Shown: one piece after another, positions 32,443 through 42,765 of the stretch
Layout of the letters: each line of letters starts with the position of its first letter
Position numbering within the stretch: position 1 is the stretch's first letter
Origin: Candidatus Aminicenantes bacterium
Lineage (GTDB): Bacteria; Acidobacteriota; Aminicenantia; Aminicenantales; Saccharicenantaceae
Assembly: GCA_014360015.1 (NCBI GenBank)
Contig: JACIYJ010000003.1
Location: 210,733-274,732, forward strand
Direction of reading: 5' to 3'
DNA length: 64,000 nucleotides
The notes under the pieces: model-generated
Database searches by the model: none
What the model was told of the DNA's origin: nothing
The model's input: only the letters and a program-made list of their open reading frames with translations
Translations under genes and position numbers: made by a program

Positions 32443-34030
32443 ACAGCCAGCCGGTCAGCAGGCGCAACTGCTGGCCGTCAAGTTCCTCCTGCATTTTTAT
32501 CGTATAGCTCCGACGGCCGCTTTCCCCCTCTTTTACTTCCAGCTTTAAACCTGCATAGCCAAGATATTTGTTGTAATCAATGGGGTCGGTGGTATAAACG
32601 TACTGGAAAAACTCCGACAGGTCAGTCCCCGCCACCTCCTCGCACACCTTTCTGAATTCTTCATCCGTAAAACCTCTCCTTTGCTCTTTATAAAACCGTT
32701 GATACAACACCCTCATAACATCATCCAGACACCTGCGGCCATCAGTCTCATGCCTTATCTTCAAATCAAGCAGCATGGTCAGAATAGCGCCGAGGTCGTA
32801 ATAAGAAATGGTCTTGTCGCTGCCGAAAAAGGGCTCTTCCCAGGTGTTATAGCTGGCCTGAGCAGCGCTTTCCAGCTTCCTGGCTGGGGAATTCTCCACC
32901 TTCTCTATAAGTCGGCTAAAAACGCCCAAGACTTCATCCCGGCTCATGAACCCGGCCCGCTTCAGAATCAAGTACTCATAGTAGACGGTGCCACCCTCAG
33001 AGAACCATAACATGTTGGTCCGGTTTTCTCTTTCATAATCAAACGGTCCCAGCGCCACCGGCCTGATGGCTTTGACGTTGTAAAGATGAAAGAACTCGTG
33101 AGCTATAAAGCTTAACCACCTCTGAAATTCCTGGCGGTTGTTGCTGGTTGGGATTCTGGTAAAAACGGCCATGGAATTTCGGTGTTCCAGACCGCCCACC
33201 CCCGGCCCCATCATGATAAAAACATAGCGCCTAAAGGGAATCTCTCCAACAACGCTGGTAGCAGCCATAATCAGGCGTTTCAAAGCCGAGATAACTTCAT
33301 CCCGGTCAAAGTCACCTGCGTCTTCTATGGCTACTTCGTACGGAATTCCATTTACTTCAAACTTTAAGACTTCCTGATTCCCGACATAAATCGGGCAATC
33401 GTAAAGGACATCAAAACTTTCGGCAAAAAAAGAATTCTCTTCACCTATGGCCGGTTCAAGTCCGGTTGAGATGCGGCTGAAACCAGGATGCGGCTTTATG
33501 GTCACCTTCACAGGATAATCCAATTTGCCGGCTACAAACATAAAGACACTGGTCGGCGAGATATAGGCTCTTTTTTCTGTTAATTGGCTTTCAGCCACTC
33601 CTTGCCCTCGAGCTATTAATTCATAGCTCACTTCTATAGAAGTAGCTCCTCCCGACTTTATCCTCCAGGTATTGTCATCAGTCTTTTCCCAAAAAAGCGG
33701 TTTCCCTCCATCTCCTATTGCTTTAAAGTTGGTCACATTCTTGGCGAAATTTAGGATTCGGTAATAACCCGGCGACCAGGCCGGCATTTTTAGCTCGACG
33801 ACATCGGCGTTTATCCCTGAATACTTGAAAACTACCTGTAGACGACTCGAAGCCGGGTCTTCCATAGAAACAGTGAATGAAAAGGTTGGAAGAAGTGAAG
33901 CTTCGGGTCGAGCTGGCGACTGGAGCTGGGGTGAGATTAGCTGGCAACTGGCCACCAGCACAATCAGGATAAGCGACAGAATCGCCAGCCGGAGTCTGAC
34001 CAACCTTTTTTCTTGTCTTTTTCCTGCCAT
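32441..34030 (-). CDS. M61-family (glycyl aminopeptidase-like) metallopeptidase lipoprotein
   Basis: The HEFFHLYNV (HExxH) context and overall architecture are typical of peptidase M61. I prefer ATG 34030 (SD-like GAAGGA, lipobox LVASC) over the TTG at 34066 that the ORF track uses. Confidence 0.75.
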   Translation of the reverse strand: MAGKRQEKRLVRLRLAILSLILIVLVASCQLISPQLQSPARPEASLLPTFSFTVSMEDPASSRLQVVFKYSGINADVVELKMPAWSPGYYRILNFAKNVTNFKAIGDGGKPLFWEKTDDNTWRIKSGGATSIEVSYELIARGQGVAESQLTEKRAYISPTSVFMFVAGKLDYPVKVTIKPHPGFSRISTGLEPAIGEENSFFAESFDVLYDCPIYVGNQEVLKFEVNGIPYEVAIEDAGDFDRDEVISALKRLIMAATSVVGEIPFRRYVFIMMGPGVGGLEHRNSMAVFTRIPTSNNRQEFQRWLSFIAHEFFHLYNVKAIRPVALGPFDYERENRTNMLWFSEGGTVYYEYLILKRAGFMSRDEVLGVFSRLIEKVENSPARKLESAAQASYNTWEEPFFGSDKTISYYDLGAILTMLLDLKIRHETDGRRCLDDVMRVLYQRFYKEQRRGFTDEEFRKVCEEVAGTDLSEFFQYVYTTDPIDYNKYLGYAGLKLEVKEGESGRRSYTIKMQEELDGQQLRLLTGWL

Positions 34031-34165
34031 GTTATTGATTCCTTCTGGATTATTTTCAGCAATCAATTTTATTTAAAAAATTTCAGGCTGTCTTTTTATT
34101 CGACATTCAACACCCAACATGTCTCTAAATTCAGAGATTAAACCTGGGCTTAATTTTTTTCAAGA

Positions 34166-34287
34166 GGAAACCGGGGGACACAATACACACTTCCTAATTT
34201 CCGCACGAAAACTGGGGATGGATTCTATATTTCCTATTTTTTGTAACTTCTGCAAAAACATAGCAGATGACACATTTCCTAATTTTC
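34166..34287 (+). repeat. Three consecutive copies of the dispersed repeat (GGGGAC variant), spaced about 40-47 bp apart
   Basis: GGAAACCGGGGGACACAATACACACTTCCTAATTTCC, CGAAAACTGGGGATGGATTCTATATTTCCTATTTTTT and CAAAAACATAGCAGATGACACATTTCCTAATTTTC. Confidence 0.75.
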
Positions 34288-34387
34288 GTAATTCCTAAAT
34301 GGAGTAAAAATAGAAAAGAACGCCAGAATAAAAAGATCGATGTCCTAAAAGCGAGGGAGACCAAAGACAATGCCGGCTTTTTATGAC

Positions 34388-34423
34388 AAAAAATCAGGAA
34401 ACACGTAAGATGTTACCTTCTCG
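34388..34423 (-). repeat. Diverged dispersed-repeat copy (minus orientation)
   Basis: The reverse complement reads CGAGAAGGTAACATCTTACGTGTTTCCTGATTTTT. Possible half-copies (GGGGAC cores) follow at about 34431-34466. Confidence 0.6.
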
Positions 34424-34554
34424 CTTGAAGGATGTCCCCTTTATTCTTGGGTCCCCCCGATTTTCTCAAGGAGGCTTTCCATCTTTTTCCATATCTGCAA
34501 GAAAAATAACAACAAATTACCACAGCTTTTTGCTTGGCGTTATTTTATGGATTT

Positions 34555-34592
34555 AAAAAATAGGGAAATGAGTAATGTGTCCCCCGTTTTTG
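34555..34592 (-). repeat. Dispersed-repeat copy just 3' of the propeller gene stop
   Basis: The reverse complement reads CAAAAACGGGGGACACATTACTCATTTCCCTATTTTTT. Confidence 0.8.
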
Positions 34593-34598
34593 TGAAGG

Positions 34599-35723
34599 CT
34601 ACTTTTTCCAGGTGGCCTGATAGCGACTGAGGTATTGATAATCCTCTTCGTCTTTTTCCACTGCGTAAAGCTTTCCGCCTTTCATGAGAAAACCCCCTTC
34701 GGGCATTTCGCAGCGAGCTATGAGTTTCCCCTCTTGATTGAATATGTCCACCACATATGAATCCCTGACTTTGCCCCTCTCATAGGTCCTGACGTAGAGG
34801 CGGTCTTCTTCATCCACAAATAACGAAGAGAAAGCCGGATATTTCTCCGGGAAGGCCAACATCTCTTTCAAATTTATCCCAGCTGTCTCCGGAATCATCT
34901 TCAGAATATCTTGCTTGTCTTTTTCGCTGATAGCCTGAGGTTGATACTCCTTGCGGACAACTTTAAACAACTTACCTTCTGGCGTGAAATATTTAATCTC
35001 ATAAGCCGTCGCCCGACCGTAGATAATGTTGCCCTTGCTGTCCAGACAATAGTCGTAAGCTGTATCAAAGGGATTAATCTTTGAGCCACCCGTTGGCATC
35101 GGCATCAGCAGAGTATCAATCTTAAACAACTGGTCAAAATTGGCATCATACAGAGCCACATTATAGGTTAAGGAATTTCCTTCCAGACCCATCTCAGTCG
35201 CTAAATAACAGCTACCCCGCTCTATTATTTTCATCAAGGCCAATTTTTTGGCATATGAAACTTCTTTTAATAAATTACCTTCAAGGTCCAGGTAAACCAG
35301 CTTCCGGCCACCACCATCAGCCACTATCAACTGACGGTTCGAAACCAGCTGCAGCCCAACCGGCATACTCCACTCACCTGGCCCCTGACCTTCCCGGCCA
35401 AATTCTTTGAGCAATTTGCCAGCTGGATCAAATATCTTTATTTTCTTTTCCTTGGAATCAAGCACCACAATTCGGCCATCGGCAGTAACTGCGGCTCCAG
35501 CTATGGTCCCGAACAAACTTCCTCCCTCCTCCAGTTTACCGATGGTTAATTCCTTTTTGAGAGTAAGTGTCTCTGTACCTGAGGGCCTGGCTTTATTTTC
35601 GATTATCTGGGCGTCTGCCTTATCCGGCGCTGCATAAGAATACACCCAAAGAATTAACAGGCCAGCTAAAATCAGATTTAATCCAAGAAAAAACCCCGAA
35701 AGCCTTAAATTATTTCTCCACAT
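34599..35723 (-). CDS. 6-bladed beta-propeller (TolB-like/NHL-like) family protein, signal-anchored
   Basis: 374 aa. N-terminal TM/signal segment, the G.GPGE(F/W) motif (GREGQGPGEW) and repeated blade-like segments. It is a paralog of the split gene at 52707-53815. Confidence 0.7.
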   Translation of the reverse strand: MWRNNLRLSGFFLGLNLILAGLLILWVYSYAAPDKADAQIIENKARPSGTETLTLKKELTIGKLEEGGSLFGTIAGAAVTADGRIVVLDSKEKKIKIFDPAGKLLKEFGREGQGPGEWSMPVGLQLVSNRQLIVADGGGRKLVYLDLEGNLLKEVSYAKKLALMKIIERGSCYLATEMGLEGNSLTYNVALYDANFDQLFKIDTLLMPMPTGGSKINPFDTAYDYCLDSKGNIIYGRATAYEIKYFTPEGKLFKVVRKEYQPQAISEKDKQDILKMIPETAGINLKEMLAFPEKYPAFSSLFVDEEDRLYVRTYERGKVRDSYVVDIFNQEGKLIARCEMPEGGFLMKGGKLYAVEKDEEDYQYLSRYQATWKK

Positions 35724-35837
35724 TTTGCCTCCCCTTTAGTGTAATCTCAGTTTAATTTTACTTAATTTAAACTAAAAAAGAAAATTCATAAATTCATACG
35801 TATTTCCAACTCCCCGGTTTAATAAAACGCAGCGGGT

Positions 35838-35872
35838 AAAAAGCGAAGCACAATACTCATACCCTAATTTCC
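35838..35872 (+). repeat. Degenerate dispersed-repeat copy
   Basis: AAAAAGCGAAGCACAATACTCATACCCTAATTTCC. Confidence 0.5.
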
Positions 35873-35961
35873 ACATTAAAATGGAAGCAAAGAACTGCAG
35901 TGTTCTGCCTGGTGTGATTTTATCTATTATCTACCACTACCATAAAATTTGGGGAATGAGT

Positions 35962-36043
35962 ATAGGAAAAACGGGGGACGTCCTACATATTTCCTAATTT
36001 TGATAGGAAAAACGGGGGACGTCCTACATATTTCCTAATTTTG
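35962..36043 (+). repeat. Perfect 41 bp tandem duplication, each unit containing one dispersed-repeat copy
   Basis: ATAGGAAAAACGGGGGACGTCCTACATATTTCCTAATTTTG at 35962-36002 is repeated exactly at 36003-36043. Confidence 0.9.
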
Positions 36044-36151
36044 AGGCGGAAATAAATAAAAAAGACCGGCCTAGGTTATAGAAAAGATTAAAAATAGCGA
36101 TAAAAACTGGAGAGCCTGGGTTCATTCCGGAAAAAGGCACGTTTAATAAGA

Positions 36152-36228
36152 GAAAATGTGGTGACGCTCTACATGTTTCCCTATTATACAGGGGAAAATT
36201 AGGAAACGCGTAGGGCGTCACCATTTTC
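36152..36228. repeat. Two dispersed-repeat copies in inverted orientation (potential ~30 bp-arm hairpin/cruciform)
   Basis: GAAAATGTGGTGACGCTCTACATGTTTCCCTATTAT (plus orientation), a ~6 nt spacer, then GAAAATTAGGAAACGCGTAGGGCGTCACCATTTTC, which is the reverse complement of the repeat. Confidence 0.85.
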
Positions 36229-36523
36229 TTTTTGACTTGAAAATTTCAAATATGTAATATATTTCCTTAACTCGCTCGAAGTTTTGAACAATTTCTTAAA
36301 AAAGGAAAAATTAGAGCTTGATTACTAAAAGGCCAGCGAAGAAGTTAAACACATCCGGGTTATATTCCATCCTCCTGTCGGGCTTAGATTTCCCCTACAA
36401 CTTTCACTCTGAGAATATCTATGACATCAAGAATTCACCCATTTTTGACGCCTTTAAGGCCGAACTACCAATAAATCATTATAAAAACCTGTTTCTAAAC
36501 GACGATTACAAGGAGGTTTTCTC

Positions 36524-38278
36524 ATGCTGCTGAGCTGGATTGACTGGGTTGTCATTGCCGGCTATTTTGCCCTGATCATGGGCATAGCCTGGTGGACAAT
36601 AAAACGCCACAAAGAAAAAACTACTGACCAGTACTTTTTGGCCGGTCGGCACTTAGGTTGGTTCATCGTCGGAGCCTCAATTTTTGCTTCTAACATCGGT
36701 TCAGAACATCTTGTTGGCCTTGCTGGATCAGGTGCCACTGATGGCGTGGCCATGGCTCACTATGAACTGCATGCCTGGTGTCTTTTAGTGCTGGGCTGGG
36801 TTATGGTTCCTTTTTATATGCGCTCGCGCGTCTTTACCATGCCCGAATTCCTGGAGCGCCGATTTTCACCCCACGCCCGGACTGTTCTCTCAGCCATTTC
36901 TCTTGTGGCTTACGTACTGACCAAAATCGCCGTGGGTGTTTTTGCCGGAGGTGTGGTATTTTCTGTACTTCTTCCGGAAGTTCACTGGTTTGGGCTTGAT
37001 AGTTTCTGGGTTGGTTCTATCCTCGTCATCATCATAACAGGATTATACACAGTGCTCGGCGGAATGAGTGCTGTGGCTTATACCGAAGCCATTCAGACTA
37101 TCATCCTGATCATTGGTTCAGCCCTGGTCACTATATTTGGCCTCCATTATATCGGTGGCTGGTCATCTTTGCGGTCTATTGTCGGCTCAGAAATGTTCAA
37201 CCTCTGGAAACCGCTCATTCCTCATGGTGTGGCCAGTACCTGGGCACCGGTGAAAGAAGCGGGCAGAATGGCCTGGTATTTTAACGACAATTACCCCTGG
37301 CTCGGAATGTTGTTCTGCGCTCCGATTATCGGTTTATGGTACTGGTGTACAGACCAGTACATTGTGCAGAGGGCTCTGGCCGCTAAGAATGAAACCCAGG
37401 CCCGCCGCGGGTCAATTGCTGCCTCATATTTCAAGCTTCTTCCTTTATTTATTTTTATTATCCCCGGAATCATCTGCTATGGACTGGCTTTAAGCGGAAA
37501 GGTCCCTGCTCTTCAGCAGCAGCTTATAGGACCTGATGGGCATATCATCCGTGAGCAGGCGCAACAGGCTTTTCCTTTGATGGTCGCCCACGTCCTGCCC
37601 GTTGGTGTTCGCGGCATAGTTGTAGCCGGATTGCTGGCCGCCCTAATGAGTTCGCTGGCCGGCGTCTTTAACGCATCCTCAACCCTTTTCACCATAGACT
37701 TTTATTCCCGCATAAAAAAGAATATTTCCCAGGAACGTCTGGTCCGGGTGGGAAGGATTGCCACCACCGTGATGGTCCTCATCGGCCTGGCCTGGCTGCC
37801 TGTTATTCGAGGCGGCAAAGGACTTTACGATTACCTGCAGGGAGTTCAGGCCTATCTGGCTCCACCGATTTTTGTCGTCTTTTTTGCCGGCATTCTAAAT
37901 AAACGCTTAAACGCCAAAGGATGTCTGGCTGCTCTCTCGACCGGATTTATCCTTGGATTATTTAGATTGGCAGTCGACACTCCAGTAAAGCTGATACCCG
38001 GGTTCAAATATCCTGAAGGATCCTTCTTATGGATCATCAACAATATCTATTTTCAATACTACAGCCTTTTGATCTTTCTCGTTTCTATCGCTGTGATGTA
38101 TGCCGTGAGTTACTTAACAGAAGAGCCTGATTACCAGAAAATTCTCGGCCTGACTTTCGGGACTGTGACTGAGGAACACAAAAAAGCATCTCGTGCCAGC
38201 TGGAACCGGTGGGATGTCATTGCTTCTGTTATTGTGGTTCTGATCATTATAGCGATATACCTTTATTTCACCGGATGA
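36524..38278 (+). CDS. Sodium:solute symporter (SSF/SGLT-like sugar transporter)
   Basis: 584 aa with ~14 TM segments. N-terminus YFLAGR..GW...ASIFASNIGSEHLVGLAG is typical of SGLT-type SSF members. A GGAGG SD is present. Confidence 0.9.
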   Translation: MLLSWIDWVVIAGYFALIMGIAWWTIKRHKEKTTDQYFLAGRHLGWFIVGASIFASNIGSEHLVGLAGSGATDGVAMAHYELHAWCLLVLGWVMVPFYMRSRVFTMPEFLERRFSPHARTVLSAISLVAYVLTKIAVGVFAGGVVFSVLLPEVHWFGLDSFWVGSILVIIITGLYTVLGGMSAVAYTEAIQTIILIIGSALVTIFGLHYIGGWSSLRSIVGSEMFNLWKPLIPHGVASTWAPVKEAGRMAWYFNDNYPWLGMLFCAPIIGLWYWCTDQYIVQRALAAKNETQARRGSIAASYFKLLPLFIFIIPGIICYGLALSGKVPALQQQLIGPDGHIIREQAQQAFPLMVAHVLPVGVRGIVVAGLLAALMSSLAGVFNASSTLFTIDFYSRIKKNISQERLVRVGRIATTVMVLIGLAWLPVIRGGKGLYDYLQGVQAYLAPPIFVVFFAGILNKRLNAKGCLAALSTGFILGLFRLAVDTPVKLIPGFKYPEGSFLWIINNIYFQYYSLLIFLVSIAVMYAVSYLTEEPDYQKILGLTFGTVTEEHKKASRASWNRWDVIASVIVVLIIIAIYLYFTG

Positions 38279-38418
38279 GCTCAGAAGATCCTGCATCTGG
38301 CCTGAGGTGACATTGAGGTCAATTAAGAAAAACCAACAAAAATAATAATTGACTCGAATAAACAATCTCAGTTAAAAGATAATTCCGAGGTTTTTATTTT
38401 TTTCTTCAGGAGGCCCTA

Positions 38419-41307
38419 ATGATTGGCACAAATCTTAAAAACAAATGGCTTAGCTTGTTTGTCATTCTATTGCTCTTTATTCCGTTGATTTATGCTCAAA
38501 CCAATAAAAAACCCATAAGCTACGATGTTTATGACACCTGGAAATCAATTCAGGGAACAAAGATTAACAGCGACGGTCGGTTCGTGGTTTATTCCCTGGC
38601 CCCTGGTGACGGGGATTCAGAGCTGGTAGTCCTTGACCTTCAAACCGGACAAGAAAAACGCTATCCGCGCGGTAAAGAAGCTGTAATTACTGCCGACAAC
38701 CAGTTTGTTATCTACACAATATCGCCACTCAAGGCTGAAGTGGATAAAGCCAAAAAAGAAAAGAAAAAACCGGAAGAACAGCCCAAAAACGGCTTAGGAA
38801 TAATCAACCTCAAAACCGGCGAGCTGACCACGATTGACAGGGTCAAAAGCTTTAAGGTTCCCGAAGACTCAGGCAAATATGTCGCTTATTCTTTAGAGCC
38901 GCCACTCCCCAAAGAGGCGGAGAAAGAAAAAGCCGAAAAACTCGAAGAAAAGAAAGAACCGGCCAAAAAAGAACCGGAGCAAAAACCGGCCGAAAAGAAA
39001 GAAGATAAGAAATCAGAGAAGAAAAAAGAACCGGGAACAGAACTTATCATCCGCGAACTTGAAACTGGAAAAACTATTTCCGTTCAAGAAGTTTCAGAAT
39101 ATGTCTGGACCAAAGACGGGCGCTATCTGGCTTATTCCGTGTCCTCAAAAAAGCCGGAAGAGGATGGTGCTTTTATTTTTGAACCGGCTTCAGGAAAAAC
39201 GTTAACTCTGCTTAAGGGTCAGGGCCATTATGTAAAGCTGGCCTTTGATGAGAAAGGCCGGAAGTTAGCTTTTCTGAGCGACCGCGATAGTTACAAAGAA
39301 AAAGTTTCACCTTATAAACTCTATTTCTGGCAGGAAAAGATGACTGAAGCGGTAGAAATTGCCGGTCCAAAAATACCGGCCCTGCCGGAAAAGAATGCTC
39401 CCAGCGAAAACCGTACACCATTTTTCTCTAAGGACGGCAGCCTGCTCTTTTTCGGCTATGCTCACATTCCCGAGCCAGAGCCGGATGATGCTCCCGAACC
39501 GATAAAAGTTGACATCTGGAGCTGGACTGACCCTGAACTTCAGCCGATGCAGAAAGTCAGGGCTGATGAAGAAAAAAAGAAAAATTATTTAGCCGTCTGC
39601 CACCTCAACACCAAGGACAGAAAAATTGTCCCCCTCGGCTCGGAAGACCTGCCAGAAATCAGGCTTTCCGACGACGGCCATAAAGCTCTTGGGGTCAACA
39701 ACCTGCCTTACCGCCAGCTCATTTCCTGGGACAGAGAATACGCTGATTATTACCTGGTTGATGTTAATACGGGCAGCAGAACAAAAATTCTGGAAAAATT
39801 CCCAACAAGCGTTAGCTTTTCACCCACCGGTCAATACTTAATTTTCTACGATGACACTATCAATGCCTGGTTCACCTACCGTTTAGCCGACGGCAAAAAA
39901 TTCAATCTGACTTCAAAACTCGGAGTAAGCTTTGAACGCGAAGAGTGGGATACACCAAACGAGCCCCCGGCTTACGGACTGGCTGGTTGGACAGAAAATG
40001 ACGCTTCGGTCCTCATATACGACCGTTATGACATCTGGGAGATAAAGCCCGACGGCTCTTCAGCTAAGGTCCTGACTCAAAAATTCGGCCGGGAAAACAA
40101 TCTGGTTCTACGTTATCAGAAATTGGACCCGGAAGAAAAGACTATTTCCTTAAAAAAGCCGATGATCCTTTCAGCCTTTAACGAAAAGACCAAAGCTACC
40201 GGCTTTTACCGCCTTGACCCGGCAAAAAACGAACCACCCAGGAAACTGATTTACCTTGATAAAATGCTCAGCAACCTGCAAAAAGCCAAAAACGCAGAAA
40301 TCTACGTTTTCACTATTCAGACCTTTGAAGAATTCCCCGATCTATGGACAAGCGGTCCGGAGTTCAATAACCTGAAAAAAATAAGCCAGGCCAACCCGCA
40401 GCAAGCTGAATATCTCTGGGGCAAGGCCGAACTTATTACCTACCTCAATGGCGACGGAAAAGAGCTGCAGGCTATTTTAATCAAGCCTGAAAACTTTGAC
40501 CCGAACCAGAAATATCCATTGATGGTTTACATTTACGAAAAACTCAGCGACCAGCTCCACCGCTATCATCCGCCAGCTCCTGGAACTAACATTAACTTCA
40601 CCCGCTATGTTTCCAACGGCTACGTCATCTTGATGCCTGACATTGTCTATGAAATCGGTTACCCCGGATCCAGTGCTCTTAAATGTGTTGTCCCTGCCGT
40701 GGAGAAAGTTGTGGGAATGGGATTTATCGACCCAAAGCGCATCGGCATCCAGGGTCACAGCTGGGGTGGTTATCAAATCACTTACCTCATCACTCAAACC
40801 GACATCTTTGCTGCCTGTGAAGCCGGGGCCGCGGTCTCCAATATGACCAGTGCTTATGGTGGCATCCGCTGGGGCACCGGTATGTCCAGAGCTTTTCAGT
40901 ATGAAAAAACCCAGAGCCGCATTGGCGCCCCGCTGTGGGAAAGGGTCCTGCAGTTTATAGAAAACTCGCCTATTTTCTGGGTGGAAAGAGTCAAAACACC
41001 GTATCTTACCATCCACAATGACGAAGACGATGCTGTGCCGTGGTACCAGGGAATTGAGTTCTTTACGGCCATGCGGCGATTAGGCAAACCGGCCTGGATG
41101 TTTGTCTTCAACGGCGAAAAGCACGGGCTCAGAGACCGCGAAAATCAGAAATATTGGACAGTTCATTTAGACGAATTCTTTGACCATTACCTCAAAGGAG
41201 CACCGAAGCCGGAATGGATGATTAAAGGCGTCCCGTATCTCCAGCGCGGTAAACGAGATATTTCAGCCCTGTTTAAACCAAAAGAAGGTGGAAAGGAGAA
41301 AAATTAG
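38419..41307 (+). CDS. S9-family serine peptidase (prolyl oligopeptidase/acylaminoacyl-peptidase type) with a long N-terminal propeller region
   Basis: The C-terminal alpha/beta-hydrolase domain has GHSWGG (nucleophile Ser) and an ..HNDEDDAVP.. Asp context. Signal peptide and a K/E-rich linker are present. Confidence 0.85.
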   Translation: MIGTNLKNKWLSLFVILLLFIPLIYAQTNKKPISYDVYDTWKSIQGTKINSDGRFVVYSLAPGDGDSELVVLDLQTGQEKRYPRGKEAVITADNQFVIYTISPLKAEVDKAKKEKKKPEEQPKNGLGIINLKTGELTTIDRVKSFKVPEDSGKYVAYSLEPPLPKEAEKEKAEKLEEKKEPAKKEPEQKPAEKKEDKKSEKKKEPGTELIIRELETGKTISVQEVSEYVWTKDGRYLAYSVSSKKPEEDGAFIFEPASGKTLTLLKGQGHYVKLAFDEKGRKLAFLSDRDSYKEKVSPYKLYFWQEKMTEAVEIAGPKIPALPEKNAPSENRTPFFSKDGSLLFFGYAHIPEPEPDDAPEPIKVDIWSWTDPELQPMQKVRADEEKKKNYLAVCHLNTKDRKIVPLGSEDLPEIRLSDDGHKALGVNNLPYRQLISWDREYADYYLVDVNTGSRTKILEKFPTSVSFSPTGQYLIFYDDTINAWFTYRLADGKKFNLTSKLGVSFEREEWDTPNEPPAYGLAGWTENDASVLIYDRYDIWEIKPDGSSAKVLTQKFGRENNLVLRYQKLDPEEKTISLKKPMILSAFNEKTKATGFYRLDPAKNEPPRKLIYLDKMLSNLQKAKNAEIYVFTIQTFEEFPDLWTSGPEFNNLKKISQANPQQAEYLWGKAELITYLNGDGKELQAILIKPENFDPNQKYPLMVYIYEKLSDQLHRYHPPAPGTNINFTRYVSNGYVILMPDIVYEIGYPGSSALKCVVPAVEKVVGMGFIDPKRIGIQGHSWGGYQITYLITQTDIFAACEAGAAVSNMTSAYGGIRWGTGMSRAFQYEKTQSRIGAPLWERVLQFIENSPIFWVERVKTPYLTIHNDEDDAVPWYQGIEFFTAMRRLGKPAWMFVFNGEKHGLRDRENQKYWTVHLDEFFDHYLKGAPKPEWMIKGVPYLQRGKRDISALFKPKEGGKEKN

Positions 41308-41432
41308 GCTATTTTTTGAATAAATTTGAATAATCGAGAGATGCCCGGACAGAACAAAAATTGTAAGGGCTGCCGGGTGAGACTTCAGAATTCAAAAAAG
41401 CCAAAAAATATGACAAAAAATGCTTGAATTCA

Positions 41433-41462
41433 TTGAAATTAGGTGTCTTATTCTGGTATATT
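41433..41462 (+). promoter_or_regulatory. Candidate promoter for ackA-pta
   Basis: TTGAAA (41433-41438), an 18 nt spacer, then TATATT (41457-41462). Confidence 0.3.
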
Positions 41463-41499
41463 TACTTTCCTTAATATCTTAAAAGGAGTGGAATAAAAA

Positions 41500-42747
41500 A
41501 TGAACGTATTTGTCTTAAACTGCGGAAGTTCTTCCGTCAAATTTCAAATCATCAACACCGACCTGGATATGTTCGAAACCGACAGCGACCGTCGGGTAGC
41601 CAAAGGATTGATTGAAAGAGTCGGCAAAGACGATGCCATCGTTAATCTGGAAGCTGAAGGTCAGGAGCCCATTAAGTCTATCGAACCCATCCACGACCAC
41701 CGGGAAGCCATCCTCAGAATCAAAAAGTGGATGGAAGACCCAAACACCAAAATCGAAGGAATTCACAGCTGGGATGACATCCATGCCATCGGCCATCGCG
41801 TGGTTCATGGCGGCGAAAAATTCACCAAATCAGTCAAGATTGACAAAGAAGTCCTGGCCCAGATTGAAGAATGCGCTGACTTAGCTCCCCTTCACAACCC
41901 GGCCAACTTAAAAGGCATCTATGCCTGCTATGAAATTTTTGGCGACAAGATTCCTCAGGTAGCCGTCTTTGACACTGCTTTTCATTCTACCATGCCTGAG
42001 GAAGCCTATCTTTATGCTATTCCAATGGAGTTTTACGAGAAATATCGCATTCGCCGTTATGGATTCCATGGAACTTCTCATCGCTATGTTGCCTATCGGT
42101 ACCGCAAGTTAGTCGGAAAACCGAGGGAAGAAGTCAACGTCATCACTCTGCATCTCGGAAACGGCTGCTCAGCTTGTGCCATCAAAAACGGCCAGTCTAT
42201 AAACACTACCATGGGCATGACCCCACTCGAAGGTCTGATTATGGGTACCCGCTCTGGCGACATAGACCCGGCCATCGTTGAATATCTCTACAACAAAGGC
42301 CTCGGCAGTGTGACTGATATTTTCAACATTCTGAATAAAAAGAGCGGCATGCTGGGTGTCTCCGGGTTGAGCAACGATATGAGGGACATCGAAAAAGCCG
42401 CGGCTGAAGGAAATCATCGCGCCCAACTGGCGCTGAAGATGTTTGCTCTCAGAGTGAAAAAATACATTGGTGCCTACATGGCTGAGATGAACGGCACTGA
42501 CGCCATCATCTTCACTGCCGGCATCGGCGAAAACAGTGTCCTCATCCGTAAGATGATCTGTGAGGGCCTGGAGAACCTGGGCATTGAGCTGGATGATGAA
42601 CTAAACAAGCAGGCAGTGCGCGGCAAATGTATGAAAATCTCCAAAGAAACCAGCAAAGTCGCTATCTACGTTATCCCGACTAACGAAGAACTGCTTCTGG
42701 CCAGAGACACAGTCAGAGTGGTCAAAGATGCGCCACGTATGTGGTGA
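41500..42747 (+). CDS. ackA: Acetate kinase
   Basis: VLNCGSSSVKFQ N-terminus, plus HRVVHGG, YGFHGTSH and EELLLA motifs. Confidence 0.95.
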   Translation: MNVFVLNCGSSSVKFQIINTDLDMFETDSDRRVAKGLIERVGKDDAIVNLEAEGQEPIKSIEPIHDHREAILRIKKWMEDPNTKIEGIHSWDDIHAIGHRVVHGGEKFTKSVKIDKEVLAQIEECADLAPLHNPANLKGIYACYEIFGDKIPQVAVFDTAFHSTMPEEAYLYAIPMEFYEKYRIRRYGFHGTSHRYVAYRYRKLVGKPREEVNVITLHLGNGCSACAIKNGQSINTTMGMTPLEGLIMGTRSGDIDPAIVEYLYNKGLGSVTDIFNILNKKSGMLGVSGLSNDMRDIEKAAAEGNHRAQLALKMFALRVKKYIGAYMAEMNGTDAIIFTAGIGENSVLIRKMICEGLENLGIELDDELNKQAVRGKCMKISKETSKVAIYVIPTNEELLLARDTVRVVKDAPRMW

Positions 42748-42765
42748 TTAAATAAGGAGGATAAA

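Noticed and set aside
36318-36533. 71 aa ORF (TTG start) just upstream of and overlapping the SSF transporter start
   Set aside because: It has no SD, a non-ATG start and an unremarkable composition. The region is more plausibly the transporter's promoter and 5' UTR.
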